This document shows, piece after piece, positions 9,523-21,660 of a stretch of 64,000 bases of DNA. The first letter of the stretch is position 1; the number at the start of each line of letters is the position of its first letter. This DNA is from an uncultured Planctomycetaceae bacterium (GTDB lineage: Bacteria; Planctomycetota; Planctomycetia; Pirellulales; PALSA-1355): the NCBI GenBank assembly GCA_963785305.1, contig CAWAUV010000008.1:448001-512000 (forward strand), read 5' to 3'. Position numbers and translations under genes: made by a program. The notes beneath the pieces are model-generated. The model did no database searches and was not told the origin of the DNA. It saw only the letters and a list, made by a program, of their open reading frames with translations.

Positions 9523-12500
9523 GATCCGCTCCGATCAGAGTCAGCCAACTCACGCTCTACAATCCGGCTCGCATGAACGACGCCGAAATCGTTGCCGCGT
9601 ATGTTGCCCGCGGCACTGTTTTCGATCGCATCATCAAGGAAATCGCCGCCGAGCAGCCGAAAAGTCGAGCCCAGCATCATATGATCGTCGGCCCGCGCGG
9701 CATGGGCAAAAGCATGCTATTGGCGCGTCTGGCGACGGAATTGCGCGCGAGTCCCGAGCTCGCCACGCGTTTCGTGCCGCTCGCTTTTCCGGAAGAGCAA
9801 TACGCGGTCGATCGTCTGTCGAAGTTCTGGTTGAACTGCCTCGACGCCCTCGCCGATGCGGCGGAGCGCGGCCAGCAACTCTGCGCCAGCGAACGAATCG
9901 ATGCCGCCGTCCGAGCGCTGAATGTCGAGGCCGGCGGCTTGGGCGGAAAGGACGAAACCCCGGCGCGGGCCGCTCTCGACGCTTTTCTATACGCGTCGGA
10001 AGACATGGGCAAGCGTCCCGTGCTGCTCGTCGACAACTTGCAGTTAGTCTTCGAGCGAATTTCGGATATCGAGCAACATGCGCTGCGCGAGATCTTGATG
10101 CGTCCCGGCAGCCCGATCCTGATCGGCGCGAGCCCGAGCCCGCCGCTGGCCAGCCAGGATTATGGCGCTGCGTTTTACGATCATTTCAAAGTTCATTATC
10201 TGAGCCCGCTTTCGGTCGACGAGATGCGCTCCCTACTGGTCGCGCTTGCTCAGCGCACCGGCCGGAACGATGTGCGCGACAGGGTCGATTCGCATCCCGA
10301 GCGTCTGAAGACAATGCGCGAACTTACAGGCGGCAACCCCCGCGCGGCCGCGATGCTCTTTTTTCTCTATGCCGAGGATTTTTCACCGAGCGTGTTCGTC
10401 GATCTCGAAAACCTGCTCGATCGTGTCACGCCTTTCTACAAGGCCCGCATCGAAGAGCTGCCCGAGCAGCAACAAGTTGTCGTAAGCGCGCTCGCCGACT
10501 ACTGGGCGCCGATCACGGGCCGGAACCTTGCGGAGGCGACTGGACTTCCGCCGGGTACTGTGTCCTCGCTGCTTGACCGTTTGGAAAAATCCGGTTTTGT
10601 GGAACGGCTTGAAATTGTCGGCCACGCTTCAACGGGGTTTCAAATCGCCGAGCGGCTGTTCAATATTTGGTTTCTGATGCGCAGCGCTTCGCGGCGTCGG
10701 CGGCGCGAAGCGGAGTTTCTCGTGCGTTTCATCGAAAGTTTTTACGAGCCGAAGGAGCGCTCGCAACTCGCTGAGCGATTGAGGAACGAACGAGATCTGA
10801 GCATCGACCGCTTCTTATTTGCCCAAGCACTTGGGCACACGCTCGATCCGAATGACCAAGCTGAGCTTGCCCGACACGCGGAACTCGACCTGCTGAGGCA
10901 GACAGACGCCGACGCTCGAAAGGAATTGGTGCAGCAATTTGATTTTTCACGTCTCGAACCGGCCACGTTGGAATTTCATGAATTGCGGGCCAGAATCGGG
11001 GCTTCGGTTCCGGTTGGTTCAACAGTTAGTCCGGAGACATTTGCGGATGAAGTTCTCGGCGACCGGAGGTACTTCGTCAATCAGGTTTTGCGTCTTCCGG
11101 GGATGACGCCGTCAATTCTGAGCGAAGAACGATTAGCGACGATCCGCGGGCAAATCACGAGAGCAACGGAAAACGATGTTGAAAAATATGGTGCGACCGC
11201 AGTCGATTGGTTCCGCCAGCGTCTCGCGAGTGGACAGCTTCGATCGGTTGATGACGTTAAAGACTGGAATCGCGCTTTTCTGAAGGCGTGCGAACACAAT
11301 GTCTTCGGAATCATGCTCGATACAATATCGCCACGGATCGGACAGCAGTTGAGTGATGAAGTTCGTTCGCGACTTAGAGATTATCTTGCGCCGAAATCCA
11401 ACGATGGCCGAGCGTGGTTTTACTGGGGCGATATTTTAGAAAATAAATTAGGTTGGTTCACCGAAGCGGAGTCTTCTTACCGCATAGCAATTAGGATCGA
11501 CCCGCATGATTCCTATTTTTGGGGCAAACTTGGCAATTTACTTTGCCTTCGTCTCGATCGCTTCGAAGAAGCCGAGGCCGCGTACAAAACAGCGCTCGAA
11601 GCGGCGCCAAACAATGCCAGCGTGTGGACTGCCTTGGGGCGCTTTCTGAGTGCGACTTCGGCGCGGTTCGCAGAAGCCGAGGAGGCCCTTCGCAAGGCTC
11701 TCGCCATTCAACCGCAAAGCTACTTTACGTGGATTTTTCTCGGCAAATTCCTTCAGGATCGAGAACGCTTCGAAGAAGCCGAGGATGCTTATCGTAAAGC
11801 CATCGAAATCAATCGACGATTCGCGCCTGGGTGGGAAAGATTGGGTAACTTGTTTCGAGATTGTCTCGGACGTTTTACCGAAGCGGAGCACGCCTACCGG
11901 AAGGTCCTGGAGATTGAGCCCGACAACTTCGTTGTTTGGACGATTCTCGGGAATTTATTTCGGGAACATCCCGACAAGTTCGACGAAGCCGAGGCGGCTT
12001 TCAAGATTGCGCTCATCCATAACCCGATTTTCGTGCCGGGTTTGTATTTCTTCGGCGTCTTCTCTCTTGAATGCCGCATGCGCTTTTCCGAAGCCGCCAA
12101 GGTTTTTGTGAGGGTGCTTGAAATCGACGCTAGCGCCGAGGCGGCTCGCCAGAAACTCGTTTCGCTTCAACGGGATGTCTTCACAGACATTGAGGCCGCG
12201 AAGCAAACGTTTGAGCCGCTTCGACATGTCCAAGAGCATCACGCCGAGGACTCGTTCCGTCTTCACGAAGCCGTGTTCGCCGCTTATGACGCAAATTGGG
12301 GCCTCTGCCGTGACGCTTTGTCGAAGGCTCTCGAAGTAATCGGCGCCCGGTTTCCCGCGGAAACGGTCGACGATTGGGTCCGGGCCAGCGCCGTGCTGCT
12401 GCATTTGAACTATGGCGTGGAGATGCTTTCCTTCTTGCGGGAATGTGGCGCCGATGTCCGATTGCGGCCGTGGGTTGAGCGCGTCTCGGCGCTCGACCGC

Positions 12501-12662
12501 GGCGATCGCCGCTTTTTGCAAAACATCGCCGTCGAGGCGCGGACCACGGCCGAGTATTACTTTGATCAGATCGATAAATGGCTGAATGCATTGCCGGCGT
12601 CGACAAGCCGCCGACCGATACCGAAACCGGCGAAGAAGCGTCAAAACCGGCGGAAGCGCTGA
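9519..12662 (+). CDS. P-loop ATPase-HTH-TPR protein (STAND/NLR-like architecture)
   Basis: Walker A GPRGMGKS, Walker B LLVDN and LTGGNPR; HTH-like LAEATGLPPGTVSSLLDRLEKSGFVE; about 6-7 TPRs (W-LG...EEAE-AYRKALEI-P). ATGA overlap with the upstream gene. Confidence 0.85.
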   Translation: MRSAPIRVSQLTLYNPARMNDAEIVAAYVARGTVFDRIIKEIAAEQPKSRAQHHMIVGPRGMGKSMLLARLATELRASPELATRFVPLAFPEEQYAVDRLSKFWLNCLDALADAAERGQQLCASERIDAAVRALNVEAGGLGGKDETPARAALDAFLYASEDMGKRPVLLVDNLQLVFERISDIEQHALREILMRPGSPILIGASPSPPLASQDYGAAFYDHFKVHYLSPLSVDEMRSLLVALAQRTGRNDVRDRVDSHPERLKTMRELTGGNPRAAAMLFFLYAEDFSPSVFVDLENLLDRVTPFYKARIEELPEQQQVVVSALADYWAPITGRNLAEATGLPPGTVSSLLDRLEKSGFVERLEIVGHASTGFQIAERLFNIWFLMRSASRRRRREAEFLVRFIESFYEPKERSQLAERLRNERDLSIDRFLFAQALGHTLDPNDQAELARHAELDLLRQTDADARKELVQQFDFSRLEPATLEFHELRARIGASVPVGSTVSPETFADEVLGDRRYFVNQVLRLPGMTPSILSEERLATIRGQITRATENDVEKYGATAVDWFRQRLASGQLRSVDDVKDWNRAFLKACEHNVFGIMLDTISPRIGQQLSDEVRSRLRDYLAPKSNDGRAWFYWGDILENKLGWFTEAESSYRIAIRIDPHDSYFWGKLGNLLCLRLDRFEEAEAAYKTALEAAPNNASVWTALGRFLSATSARFAEAEEALRKALAIQPQSYFTWIFLGKFLQDRERFEEAEDAYRKAIEINRRFAPGWERLGNLFRDCLGRFTEAEHAYRKVLEIEPDNFVVWTILGNLFREHPDKFDEAEAAFKIALIHNPIFVPGLYFFGVFSLECRMRFSEAAKVFVRVLEIDASAEAARQKLVSLQRDVFTDIEAAKQTFEPLRHVQEHHAEDSFRLHEAVFAAYDANWGLCRDALSKALEVIGARFPAETVDDWVRASAVLLHLNYGVEMLSFLRECGADVRLRPWVERVSALDRGDRRFLQNIAVEARTTAEYYFDQIDKWLNALPASTSRRPIPKPAKKRQNRRKR

Positions 12663-12756
12663 ATCTGTTCAAGCAGCGCGCGGCAGCGGCCGAAAAATGC
12701 GCTGTTCGATGGTTCCCCGTGAACGATTTACCCGCGGCCGAAAAAGGCGTGATCTT

Positions 12757-13155
12757 TCACGGCGCTTCCTCGTATGCTTCGCGCTCGAACGGATTGTCGA
12801 GATAGGCGTCGCGGCCTTGCCAATGGACGATGAGGCTCGCCAGCAGATAGGCCGGAATAAAGAGCGGGCCCCAGCGTTCGTATTGCCGCACATGCACGCG
12901 TTCATGCTCGCGGCTGACGCGAAGGCACTCCGGATCGCGACCCCAGACAACATGGCCGAGCGTCATCGCCGCGGCGGGGCCGCCCCAGGGTAATCCGCGG
13001 CGCAAGAATGCCGTGACGATTCCGCCATGCACTTCAAGCACTCCGCCCACGCACCGCGCCGATCCGCCTTGAGCGATGGCCACCATTGCAGGGATCAGGC
13101 CCAGCAAGCTGGCCGGGCTCGCCCAAAGGTAGAGCAGCGGCTGATACCAGCGCAT
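12757..13155 (-). CDS. Hypothetical protein with an HExxH zincin-like motif
   Basis: MRWYQPLLYLWASP...TLGHVV...HERVHVRQYERWG...NPFEREAY. Confidence 0.7.
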   Translation of the reverse strand: MRWYQPLLYLWASPASLLGLIPAMVAIAQGGSARCVGGVLEVHGGIVTAFLRRGLPWGGPAAAMTLGHVVWGRDPECLRVSREHERVHVRQYERWGPLFIPAYLLASLIVHWQGRDAYLDNPFEREAYEEAP

Positions 13156-13178
13156 CGCGAGACCTCCGCGCGAGCGTC

Positions 13179-14819
<1,641 letters not shown>

Positions 14820-14865
14820 CAATCATCCTCAGGGGGAAGGGAGAGCGTCTGGCGAAACCACCAAT

Positions 14866-15684
14866 TTACCGCCCCCGGGTCCGCGCGACAAAGGCCCGAT
14901 AATCCTCGGGAGTGTCGATGCCGACCGTGCGTTCGTCGACAACCCCCACCAGAATCGAATATCCGTGTTCGAGCACGCGCAGTTGCTCCAGGTTTTCCAG
15001 CTTTTCCAGCGGAGTGCGGGGGAGCGACGCGAGGCGGAGCAAAAAATCGCGTCGATAGGCATAGAGCCCCACATGCAAGAATAAAACCGGCGGTTCGGCC
15101 GCGAGCAGCCCGTCGCGCCACTGCCGGGCAAAGGGAATCATGCTCCGACTGAAATAAAGCGCCCGATTACCCGGCGAAAAAGCGCCCGGCGAGCGGTCGA
15201 CCGAAGCGCCGGCCAGGGGCTCCGGCTGGGCGAACACCACTTTGACACACGCCGGATCGTCGAGCATCTCCCGCGAGCGAATCGGCGTGGCGAGCGTGGC
15301 CATGGCGGCTTCCGGATCGTCTTCGAGCATCGCGACGACGCGATCAATCGCTTCGCCCGCGAGTTCCGGCTCATCGCCCTGCACATTGACGAAAATATCA
15401 ACGTCGGGCATCTGGCGGGCAATCTCGGCCACGCGGTCGGTGCCGCTCGCGCAGTCGGGGCTCGTCAGTCGCACTTCGCCACCAAAAGATCGCACCGCCG
15501 CGGCGATCTCTTCGTGATCGGCGGCCACGCAGAGCCCGCGCGGTCGCTGGGCTCGAATCGCCGCTTCGTAAGTGTGCTGAATTAGCGGCTTGCCGGTCTC
15601 GGCCAAGAGTAGCTTCCGCGGCAGCCGGGTCGAAGCCAGCCGGGCGGGAATCACCATGTAACTCGTCGCCGGCCGCGTGTTCAT
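14866..15684 (-). CDS. kdsB: 3-deoxy-manno-octulosonate cytidylyltransferase
   Basis: IPARLASTRLPRK, SGTDR, NVQGDEP, LYFSRS and LEQLR; lies directly upstream of pyrG. Confidence 0.95.
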   Translation of the reverse strand: MNTRPATSYMVIPARLASTRLPRKLLLAETGKPLIQHTYEAAIRAQRPRGLCVAADHEEIAAAVRSFGGEVRLTSPDCASGTDRVAEIARQMPDVDIFVNVQGDEPELAGEAIDRVVAMLEDDPEAAMATLATPIRSREMLDDPACVKVVFAQPEPLAGASVDRSPGAFSPGNRALYFSRSMIPFARQWRDGLLAAEPPVLFLHVGLYAYRRDFLLRLASLPRTPLEKLENLEQLRVLEHGYSILVGVVDERTVGIDTPEDYRAFVARTRGR

Positions 15685-15892
15685 GGGTGGAGGACCTTGT
15701 CCGCGGTGTGTCTGTAAAAAACATCGGGCGAAGCGGAGTCGCGCGCAGATTGGCCAGCCGACTCCGCTCGCATTGCGAATGCCGTTTTAAGAAAGCCGCT
15801 GTCTGCTCGCAAGGGGGCGAGCCGGGCGAGCCTCGGACGCGCGGACGCGTTGGACGCTCGGACGCCTCTGGCCGCGGCCGCCGCAGCCCGGC

Positions 15893-15921
15893 TTGACACT
15901 CGACCCGGCGGCCGATACAGT
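15893..15921 (+). promoter_or_regulatory. Putative sigma70 promoter
   Basis: TTGACA-N17-TACAGT upstream of the lipoprotein gene. Confidence 0.55.
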
Positions 15922-16059
15922 TCGCCCCTCTTCTCGACGCGAGGGCGCCGTGCGCCGGCGGTTGCTTGATTCGGCCGAACGAATATCTTTCGGCACAAGC
16001 CGCCGACCCGCGCGGGCCGCCGCAAGTTTCTTCGCCGCTATCCAAGGCTTGAGCCCCCC

Positions 16060-16947
16060 ATGCAGATCCGCCGAGGCATTGCGGTCTTGCTGGTCGGTTG
16101 CGCGAGTTTGGCCGGCTGCCAATTATTGGCGCCGACGCCCAAGGGCGTCTCGCCGCTTAGGCCGCTCCAGCCTTCGCCCGAAACGGTCGGCCTCGAAATT
16201 TTCTCGGCCCGTTTCGCGCCCGACGATCAAAGCGTGAATGTCGATCTCTGGCAAGAGGTCGACGAACAGCAGATTCCCATCGACACTCGCCGCCAGCTTG
16301 CCCAGCATGGTTTCCGGGCCGGCGTTATCGGGCCGCAGCCGCCGGCCGAATTGGCCAAGCTGCTCAAGATCGTCGAGAAGGCGATCCCCGCGGCCAGCCA
16401 GGGACAACAAACCGTCGACCAACTCATGACCGAGCCGACGGTCACGATGCGGGCCATCTTCACCCGAGCCGGCTGGCGCAACGAAGTGATCGCCTCGAAG
16501 ACCTACGAACAACTTCCGTTGCTCGAACGCGATGGCGACGCGGTGCGCGGCCGCACCTACCCGAAAGCCGATGGCCGTTTTATTCTCAAAGCCTATCCAC
16601 AGGCCGATGGCCATGTGCGGCTCGAAGCCACGCCGGAACTGCAATATGGCGACCCACGGCAACATTGGTCGGCGAGCGATGGCGTGTTGCGGCCCGAAGC
16701 CTCGCGCCCGCAAAAGACCTTCGACCGGCTCAAGCTCGATGTGCCGCTCGCGCCGGGCCAAATGCTGCTCATCACCTGCTTGCCCGAGCGCAAGGGCAGC
16801 GTCGGCTACTGGTTCTTCATGGAAGCGCAAGACGAACGCTACTCCCAAAAGCTGCTCGTCGTGCGCATCGCCCAGGCCACGGGCGACAGCTCCTTCACGG
16901 AAACGCCGCTGGCCGAGAAGCTCGAAGACCTGATCTCGCGGCCTTGA
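16060..16947 (+). CDS. Hypothetical lipoprotein
   Basis: Lipobox LAGC after a hydrophobic leader; intact 295-aa ORF. Confidence 0.75.
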   Translation: MQIRRGIAVLLVGCASLAGCQLLAPTPKGVSPLRPLQPSPETVGLEIFSARFAPDDQSVNVDLWQEVDEQQIPIDTRRQLAQHGFRAGVIGPQPPAELAKLLKIVEKAIPAASQGQQTVDQLMTEPTVTMRAIFTRAGWRNEVIASKTYEQLPLLERDGDAVRGRTYPKADGRFILKAYPQADGHVRLEATPELQYGDPRQHWSASDGVLRPEASRPQKTFDRLKLDVPLAPGQMLLITCLPERKGSVGYWFFMEAQDERYSQKLLVVRIAQATGDSSFTETPLAEKLEDLISRP

Positions 16948-16997
16948 CACATTAGCGACGCGGCTTTCCCTGGCGCCGCCTTGGCCACGCCGCTTTC

Positions 16998-18113
16998 TCA
17001 GCGGCGCGGGTTAACGAGCGAAGCGTGTTTCTCGCGCACCTTGCATACCTTGGGCGTCGACACGCCGCGAATATAGGGCTGGTCGGGATTGCGGCGCGCG
17101 TAATCCTGGTGATAGTCCTCGGCCGGGTAAAATTCGCCGGCGGGTTCGAGGGTGGTCACCACCGGGCGGCCGTGAACATTTTGCTCGTTGAGCCGGCGAA
17201 TCCGCTCGCTGGCCGCCGCCTGTTCCGCGGGGCTACCATAAAAGATCGCCGAGCGGTATTGCGTGCCGGAGTCGGCGCCTTGGCGATTGAGTTGCGTGGG
17301 ATCATGGGCATCGAAGAAGACATCGAGCAGTTGCTCGTAGCCGATGCGACTCGGATCGTAGGTCACTCGAATTGCTTCCGCGTGGCCGGTGTCGCCGCCA
17401 CATACTCGGTCGTAATGCGCCGTGACCCGCGCCCCGCCAATGTAGCCGCTTTGCACATCGACCACTCCTTCGAGTTGCTCGAACACCGCTTCCGTGCACC
17501 AGAAGCAGCCGCCCGCGAAGATGGCCGAGGCCAAGGTCGCGCCGCCCGCGCCAGAAGCGGCGCGCTGTGTGAAGGGGCTGGTCTGCTCGGGCGCGCCGGG
17601 CTCCGAGGCAAGGCTTGCGCTCTCTGGCGAAACATCGGCTCGGGGATCGGCCAGTGTAGCGAGCGACTCGGCGTCGACGAATCGGAGCGACGCCGAGTTG
17701 AGGCAAAACCGCTGATGCGTCGGCGGCGGTCCGTCGTCGAAGACATGGCCCAAGTGGCCATCGCAGCGGGCGCAGAGAATCTCGGAGCGAACCATGCCGT
17801 GGCTCGTGTCGCGTGATTCGATCACGTTCTCCCGCGCGATCGCTTCAAAGAAGCTCGGCCAGCCGGTGCCCGAATCGAACTTGCCCTGCGATGCGAAGAG
17901 CGGCAGGTCGCAGCATATGCAGGCATAGACGCCCGCGCGTTTGTTATCGAGCAGCGTGCCGCAGAAGCGGGCCTCGGTGCCTTTGCCGCGAGCGATTTGA
18001 AACTGTTCGGGCGTAAGCTGGGCGCGCCACTCGGCGTCGTCATGAATCACCTTGGGCGACTCGACGGGACCGACCAATTGCCCTCGCCTATCAAACACGC
18101 GCACTCGAACCAT
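16998..18113 (-). CDS. msrAB: Bifunctional methionine sulfoxide reductase MsrB-MsrA
   Basis: MsrB motifs (GTGWPSF, CDGHLGHVF, RFCLNS) are followed by MsrA motifs (AGGCFWC, GHAE, AEDYHQ). Confidence 0.92.
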   Translation of the reverse strand: MVRVRVFDRRGQLVGPVESPKVIHDDAEWRAQLTPEQFQIARGKGTEARFCGTLLDNKRAGVYACICCDLPLFASQGKFDSGTGWPSFFEAIARENVIESRDTSHGMVRSEILCARCDGHLGHVFDDGPPPTHQRFCLNSASLRFVDAESLATLADPRADVSPESASLASEPGAPEQTSPFTQRAASGAGGATLASAIFAGGCFWCTEAVFEQLEGVVDVQSGYIGGARVTAHYDRVCGGDTGHAEAIRVTYDPSRIGYEQLLDVFFDAHDPTQLNRQGADSGTQYRSAIFYGSPAEQAAASERIRRLNEQNVHGRPVVTTLEPAGEFYPAEDYHQDYARRNPDQPYIRGVSTPKVCKVREKHASLVNPRR

Positions 18114-18313
18114 GATGACACGCTCCGCTCTGTGTTTTGTGATGCAACCGATTGTTTTAGTCACGATTGCTCTAGCCACGGACAAACACGGAAAAAGAAG
18201 ACGTTCACCCGACCCGTGGCACAACCTTCTTCGCCCACACAATATTATGCCCGCGCGGCTCGAAGGGCCACCTCGGCGTGGCGCGCCGCGCAAGACCTTG
18301 GAGCGAAAGGGCT

Positions 18314-19699
18314 TTAGTAGAGCAGATTCCAACTGGCGTTGATGATCCAGTCGAGGCCGAGTTGCGGGCCGCTCAGGCGTTGATAGATTGGCAGCCCGGC
18401 TTCGACCGACAAGCGTTGGCCGGGCAGGCGACCATCGGGCAGGTAATAATTCACGCCGCCGAGGCCGCTGAGCCGCTCGCCGCCCTGGGCGCCAGGATCG
18501 TTTTGCGAAGCGAGCGCGACATTGAGCGATGGGTCGGCCCGATAGACATTGCCCCAGTGGAGCGCATCGAGGCGGCCCGACACGCTCCAGCGTTCGCCCA
18601 GCCGTCGGGCGAGCCATGCGGTGAGATCGGCTTGGCTGCCGAGCCGGTAGCCAAAGGCGTTGATGCCGGTGCGCACGACGCCGGTGGCCTGGGCGCCCCA
18701 AGTCCAATCGCGCGACTGGCCGCGATAGGTGAGGCCGGGCAGCAGGTCCCAGGTGCCCGAGGTGACCCGCAGATCATAGGGCAAGTTGGGCAAAGTCGGC
18801 GAAACAGGATTGCTTTGATCGAACTCGATGCCCACCGGAGCGCTCACGCCGAACATGGCATGAAGCTGATGGCCCGGGCGGCGAAACAGCACATAGAGTC
18901 CCGAGAGTTTGACATCGCCGATGTTGGTGTACGACGAGCCATAGCTCGGCGCGCCGGCTTGCGTATAAGCGATGCTGTTGTCGTAAAACGGCAGTTCGGC
19001 GAGGAAGGTGAAGTCGTCGGTCGGAGCGTATTCCAAAAGCGCCATGTGGCGATTTCGCGAGAGATGCGAACCGACATACGCATACGCCGTTTGCACGCTC
19101 GCGTCGCTCACTTGATGCGAGCCGACATAATTGTGGTCGAAGAAGCTGCCCTGATAGCGATACGAAACCAACACCTGCCCAGCTTGCAAGGTATGGTCGC
19201 CAATCACGCCGGCCGGCGCGATGCCGTCGGGACGGAAGAGATTGATGCCCTGGGTGCGCGCGATATCCATCGGCAGCACGCTGTCGGGATCGGTCACAAT
19301 GGCCGGGTAATCGAGCCCGCTCGAGGGCTGCACAATGCCCCGCGGCGGCGCGGCGAGCGTGTATTGCATCGTGGGCGGCGTGAAAGGCGGCTGGAAGGGT
19401 TTCGAATAATCGCCCCACTGTGGCGCCGGCGGATCGGGCGGCGGAGCGGCGACTGGCAGCGGCTCGGGCGCGGGCGGCGCTCCGGCCGCCGCCGAATTGC
19501 CCGCGGGAGCCACGCCGCCCGAGCGAGCGTCGAGCGATTCCGGTCGCGCCGGCCAGATCGGCCGCGCCGGAACAAGCGGTTTGGGAATCAGCGCCGGCGC
19601 CGCGGGCTGCTGGGCCCGCGCTTGCGGCGCGACGGTCCCCAGGGCGGCCACCAGCAGGGCGCCCACGGTCACGACAGCGATATCGAGATGGCGCTTCAT
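18314..19699 (-). CDS. Putative outer-membrane beta-barrel transporter-like protein
   Basis: Signal peptide, Pro-rich linker, APAGVIGDH, amphipathic beta strands and a C-terminal aromatic residue; coupled to the TolC gene. Confidence 0.65.
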   Translation of the reverse strand: MKRHLDIAVVTVGALLVAALGTVAPQARAQQPAAPALIPKPLVPARPIWPARPESLDARSGGVAPAGNSAAAGAPPAPEPLPVAAPPPDPPAPQWGDYSKPFQPPFTPPTMQYTLAAPPRGIVQPSSGLDYPAIVTDPDSVLPMDIARTQGINLFRPDGIAPAGVIGDHTLQAGQVLVSYRYQGSFFDHNYVGSHQVSDASVQTAYAYVGSHLSRNRHMALLEYAPTDDFTFLAELPFYDNSIAYTQAGAPSYGSSYTNIGDVKLSGLYVLFRRPGHQLHAMFGVSAPVGIEFDQSNPVSPTLPNLPYDLRVTSGTWDLLPGLTYRGQSRDWTWGAQATGVVRTGINAFGYRLGSQADLTAWLARRLGERWSVSGRLDALHWGNVYRADPSLNVALASQNDPGAQGGERLSGLGGVNYYLPDGRLPGQRLSVEAGLPIYQRLSGPQLGLDWIINASWNLLY

Positions 19700-21660
19700 G
19701 GAGCGGGCGCCTCCTTGGCCGGAACGTTCTGTTCGATCTCGGCCGGTCGATTCGCGCCGTAGAGCACCCAGAGATCATCGAGCTGCATGAGATTCGAGAT
19801 ATCGGTGACCGCCGCCCACTGGCCGCCGAGCGCGGTGACATAGGCCGCGATCGCCACCGCGAGGTTCTGCTGTGCCACGATAATGTCGCCGAAGCCGACC
19901 TGGATCGATTCCTGCTGATGCCGCTGATACACGCCGCGATACGCGCGAGCCAAGTCGGGCAGAATCTGATCGTGATAGAATTGCGTTTGAACGCGACTGG
20001 TTTCGAATCGCTCGAAGGCGTCGGCGAGTTGGGCCGTGAGGCTGTTTTGCGCACGGCGCGATTCCTGGGAAGCGCGCCGGAGATCGCCTTGGGCCGAGAT
20101 GATATTGCCCCGATTGCGATCGAAGATCGGCACCGGCACGCCGAACTGAACGTTGTAGCTCGTGCGCTGGAAGCCCGGCAAGGTGTAGTCCTTTTGAAAC
20201 GTGCCGTAGAGTTGCAAGTCGGGCACCGGCGTGACTTCTTGCAGCCGCAAATTCGTGCGCACCTGCGACACGCTATTACGCCCAGCCAGCACATCGGGAT
20301 GATTGTTGATGACCCAGGTCAACACCGCTTCGTAGTTCAGCGTGGGAACCGGCATGTCGGCCCGACCTTCGAGCTCGGTGGGCGGAATTTCGGGCCGGCC
20401 CACCGTGGCGGCCAATTGCTTCCAGGCCGAAACATAGCGGTTCTGCGCTTGCACCAGCGCCGCTTTGGCCTGCACCGTGAGCGTGCGCATTTGCGCCGGC
20501 TCGTAGCCGGCGCCCGATCCGGCCTTGAGCTTGTCGACCTGAATGCGATAGACCTCGGTCGTGAACTGCACCAAGGCCGAATTGATCGCCACGCTCTCTT
20601 GGGCCACGAGCACCGCGAAATATCCGGCCCGCACATCGGCGAGCAACTGAGCCCGTGTCTTGCGGAAGTTGAGTTGGGCATTCATGGCGTCGAAGTTGGC
20701 CGCGGCGCGGGCCAGGCCGAGCTTGCCGGCGGTTTTGATTGTTTGCGTGCCGAAGACGCCTTGATAGTTTCGCGTGCCGAACGAGCCCACGGTGTCGGCT
20801 TCGTAACCGATCGTGGGATTCGGATGCGTGCCGCGCTGCACCGCCACGCCGAGCGCCGATGTCACATCGCCCGCCACTTGCGGCAAGAGCGGACTACTCT
20901 GCAAGGCGATGTCTTGCAGTTGCCGCAGCGTCATCGGAGTTCCGGCCACATCGAGCCGCGGCGTGGCCAATCGCATGATCGCCGGCGGCTCGGGAAAGAG
21001 CTCGTCGATGATCTTCGAGCGCCGTTGGGGATGTTCGATATCGTAGGGCGGCAACTGAAGCTTCGCCGCCGTGGCGCCCGGCAGGTCGGGCGGGATTTTG
21101 AGCCGGTCTTCCAGACGCGGATGCGGCTGGTCGGGCGGCGGCGGAATCGTCTCGGCCTCCCGCGCCGCCGCGAGCGATATCGGCGAACGCGGCGAGATTC
21201 CACCGGCGCCCGTCCCCTGGCCTGCCATCGCCACGACGTCATCGATCGGCGGCAGCGGCGTGATCGCGGCGGACCAATTCGTGTTTTCGAAATCGGCGCC
21301 AGCCCCCAGCGGCGAGTTGTAAGCCACGGTGGCGATGCCCGTCGCTTGGGGCGATTGCTCGGGCACGCGCTCCGCCGCTTGCGGCATCAGCGAGGCGGTT
21401 TCCGGCGGATTGAGCAAGCCGCGCGGGGCGTTTGTCGAACTAGGGACCCATGAATCCGCCGCGGCCGGCTTCGCAATCGCCGCCGGCTTCGAAGGCTCCT
21501 CCGATGGCAAGACGATTTTCGTTCCCCGGCGATGCGCCGGACTCGCGCAGCTCGACAGCGCCAACGCACAACCCAGCGCGATCAAGCGCCATCGGCTCGT
21601 CGGCCTCGGCTCGCGCGTTGCGCCGCGGATGAAATCGAATTGTCGCCCACGCACGAGCAT
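19696..21660 (-). CDS. TolC/CzcC-family outer-membrane efflux protein (start uncertain)
   Basis: PNPTIGY, QTIKTAGKL and VPVPIFDRNRGNI OEP motifs; lipobox-like LSSC. Confidence 0.85.
   Translation of the reverse strand: MLVRGRQFDFIRGATREPRPTSRWRLIALGCALALSSCASPAHRRGTKIVLPSEEPSKPAAIAKPAAADSWVPSSTNAPRGLLNPPETASLMPQAAERVPEQSPQATGIATVAYNSPLGAGADFENTNWSAAITPLPPIDDVVAMAGQGTGAGGISPRSPISLAAAREAETIPPPPDQPHPRLEDRLKIPPDLPGATAAKLQLPPYDIEHPQRRSKIIDELFPEPPAIMRLATPRLDVAGTPMTLRQLQDIALQSSPLLPQVAGDVTSALGVAVQRGTHPNPTIGYEADTVGSFGTRNYQGVFGTQTIKTAGKLGLARAAANFDAMNAQLNFRKTRAQLLADVRAGYFAVLVAQESVAINSALVQFTTEVYRIQVDKLKAGSGAGYEPAQMRTLTVQAKAALVQAQNRYVSAWKQLAATVGRPEIPPTELEGRADMPVPTLNYEAVLTWVINNHPDVLAGRNSVSQVRTNLRLQEVTPVPDLQLYGTFQKDYTLPGFQRTSYNVQFGVPVPIFDRNRGNIISAQGDLRRASQESRRAQNSLTAQLADAFERFETSRVQTQFYHDQILPDLARAYRGVYQRHQQESIQVGFGDIIVAQQNLAVAIAAYVTALGGQWAAVTDISNLMQLDDLWVLYGANRPAEIEQNVPAKEAPAP

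Noticed and set aside
8341..12662. Prophage or integrative element around the ATPase/TPR operon
   Set aside because: No integrase, phage genes, tRNA or flanking att-like direct repeats were seen.
19420..21453. Long antisense ORFs (also 29025-30692, 31504-34020, 42382-44424, 57844-59298 and others)
   Set aside because: They are shadow ORFs opposite well-supported genes, as expected in high-GC DNA, and have no recognisable motifs.
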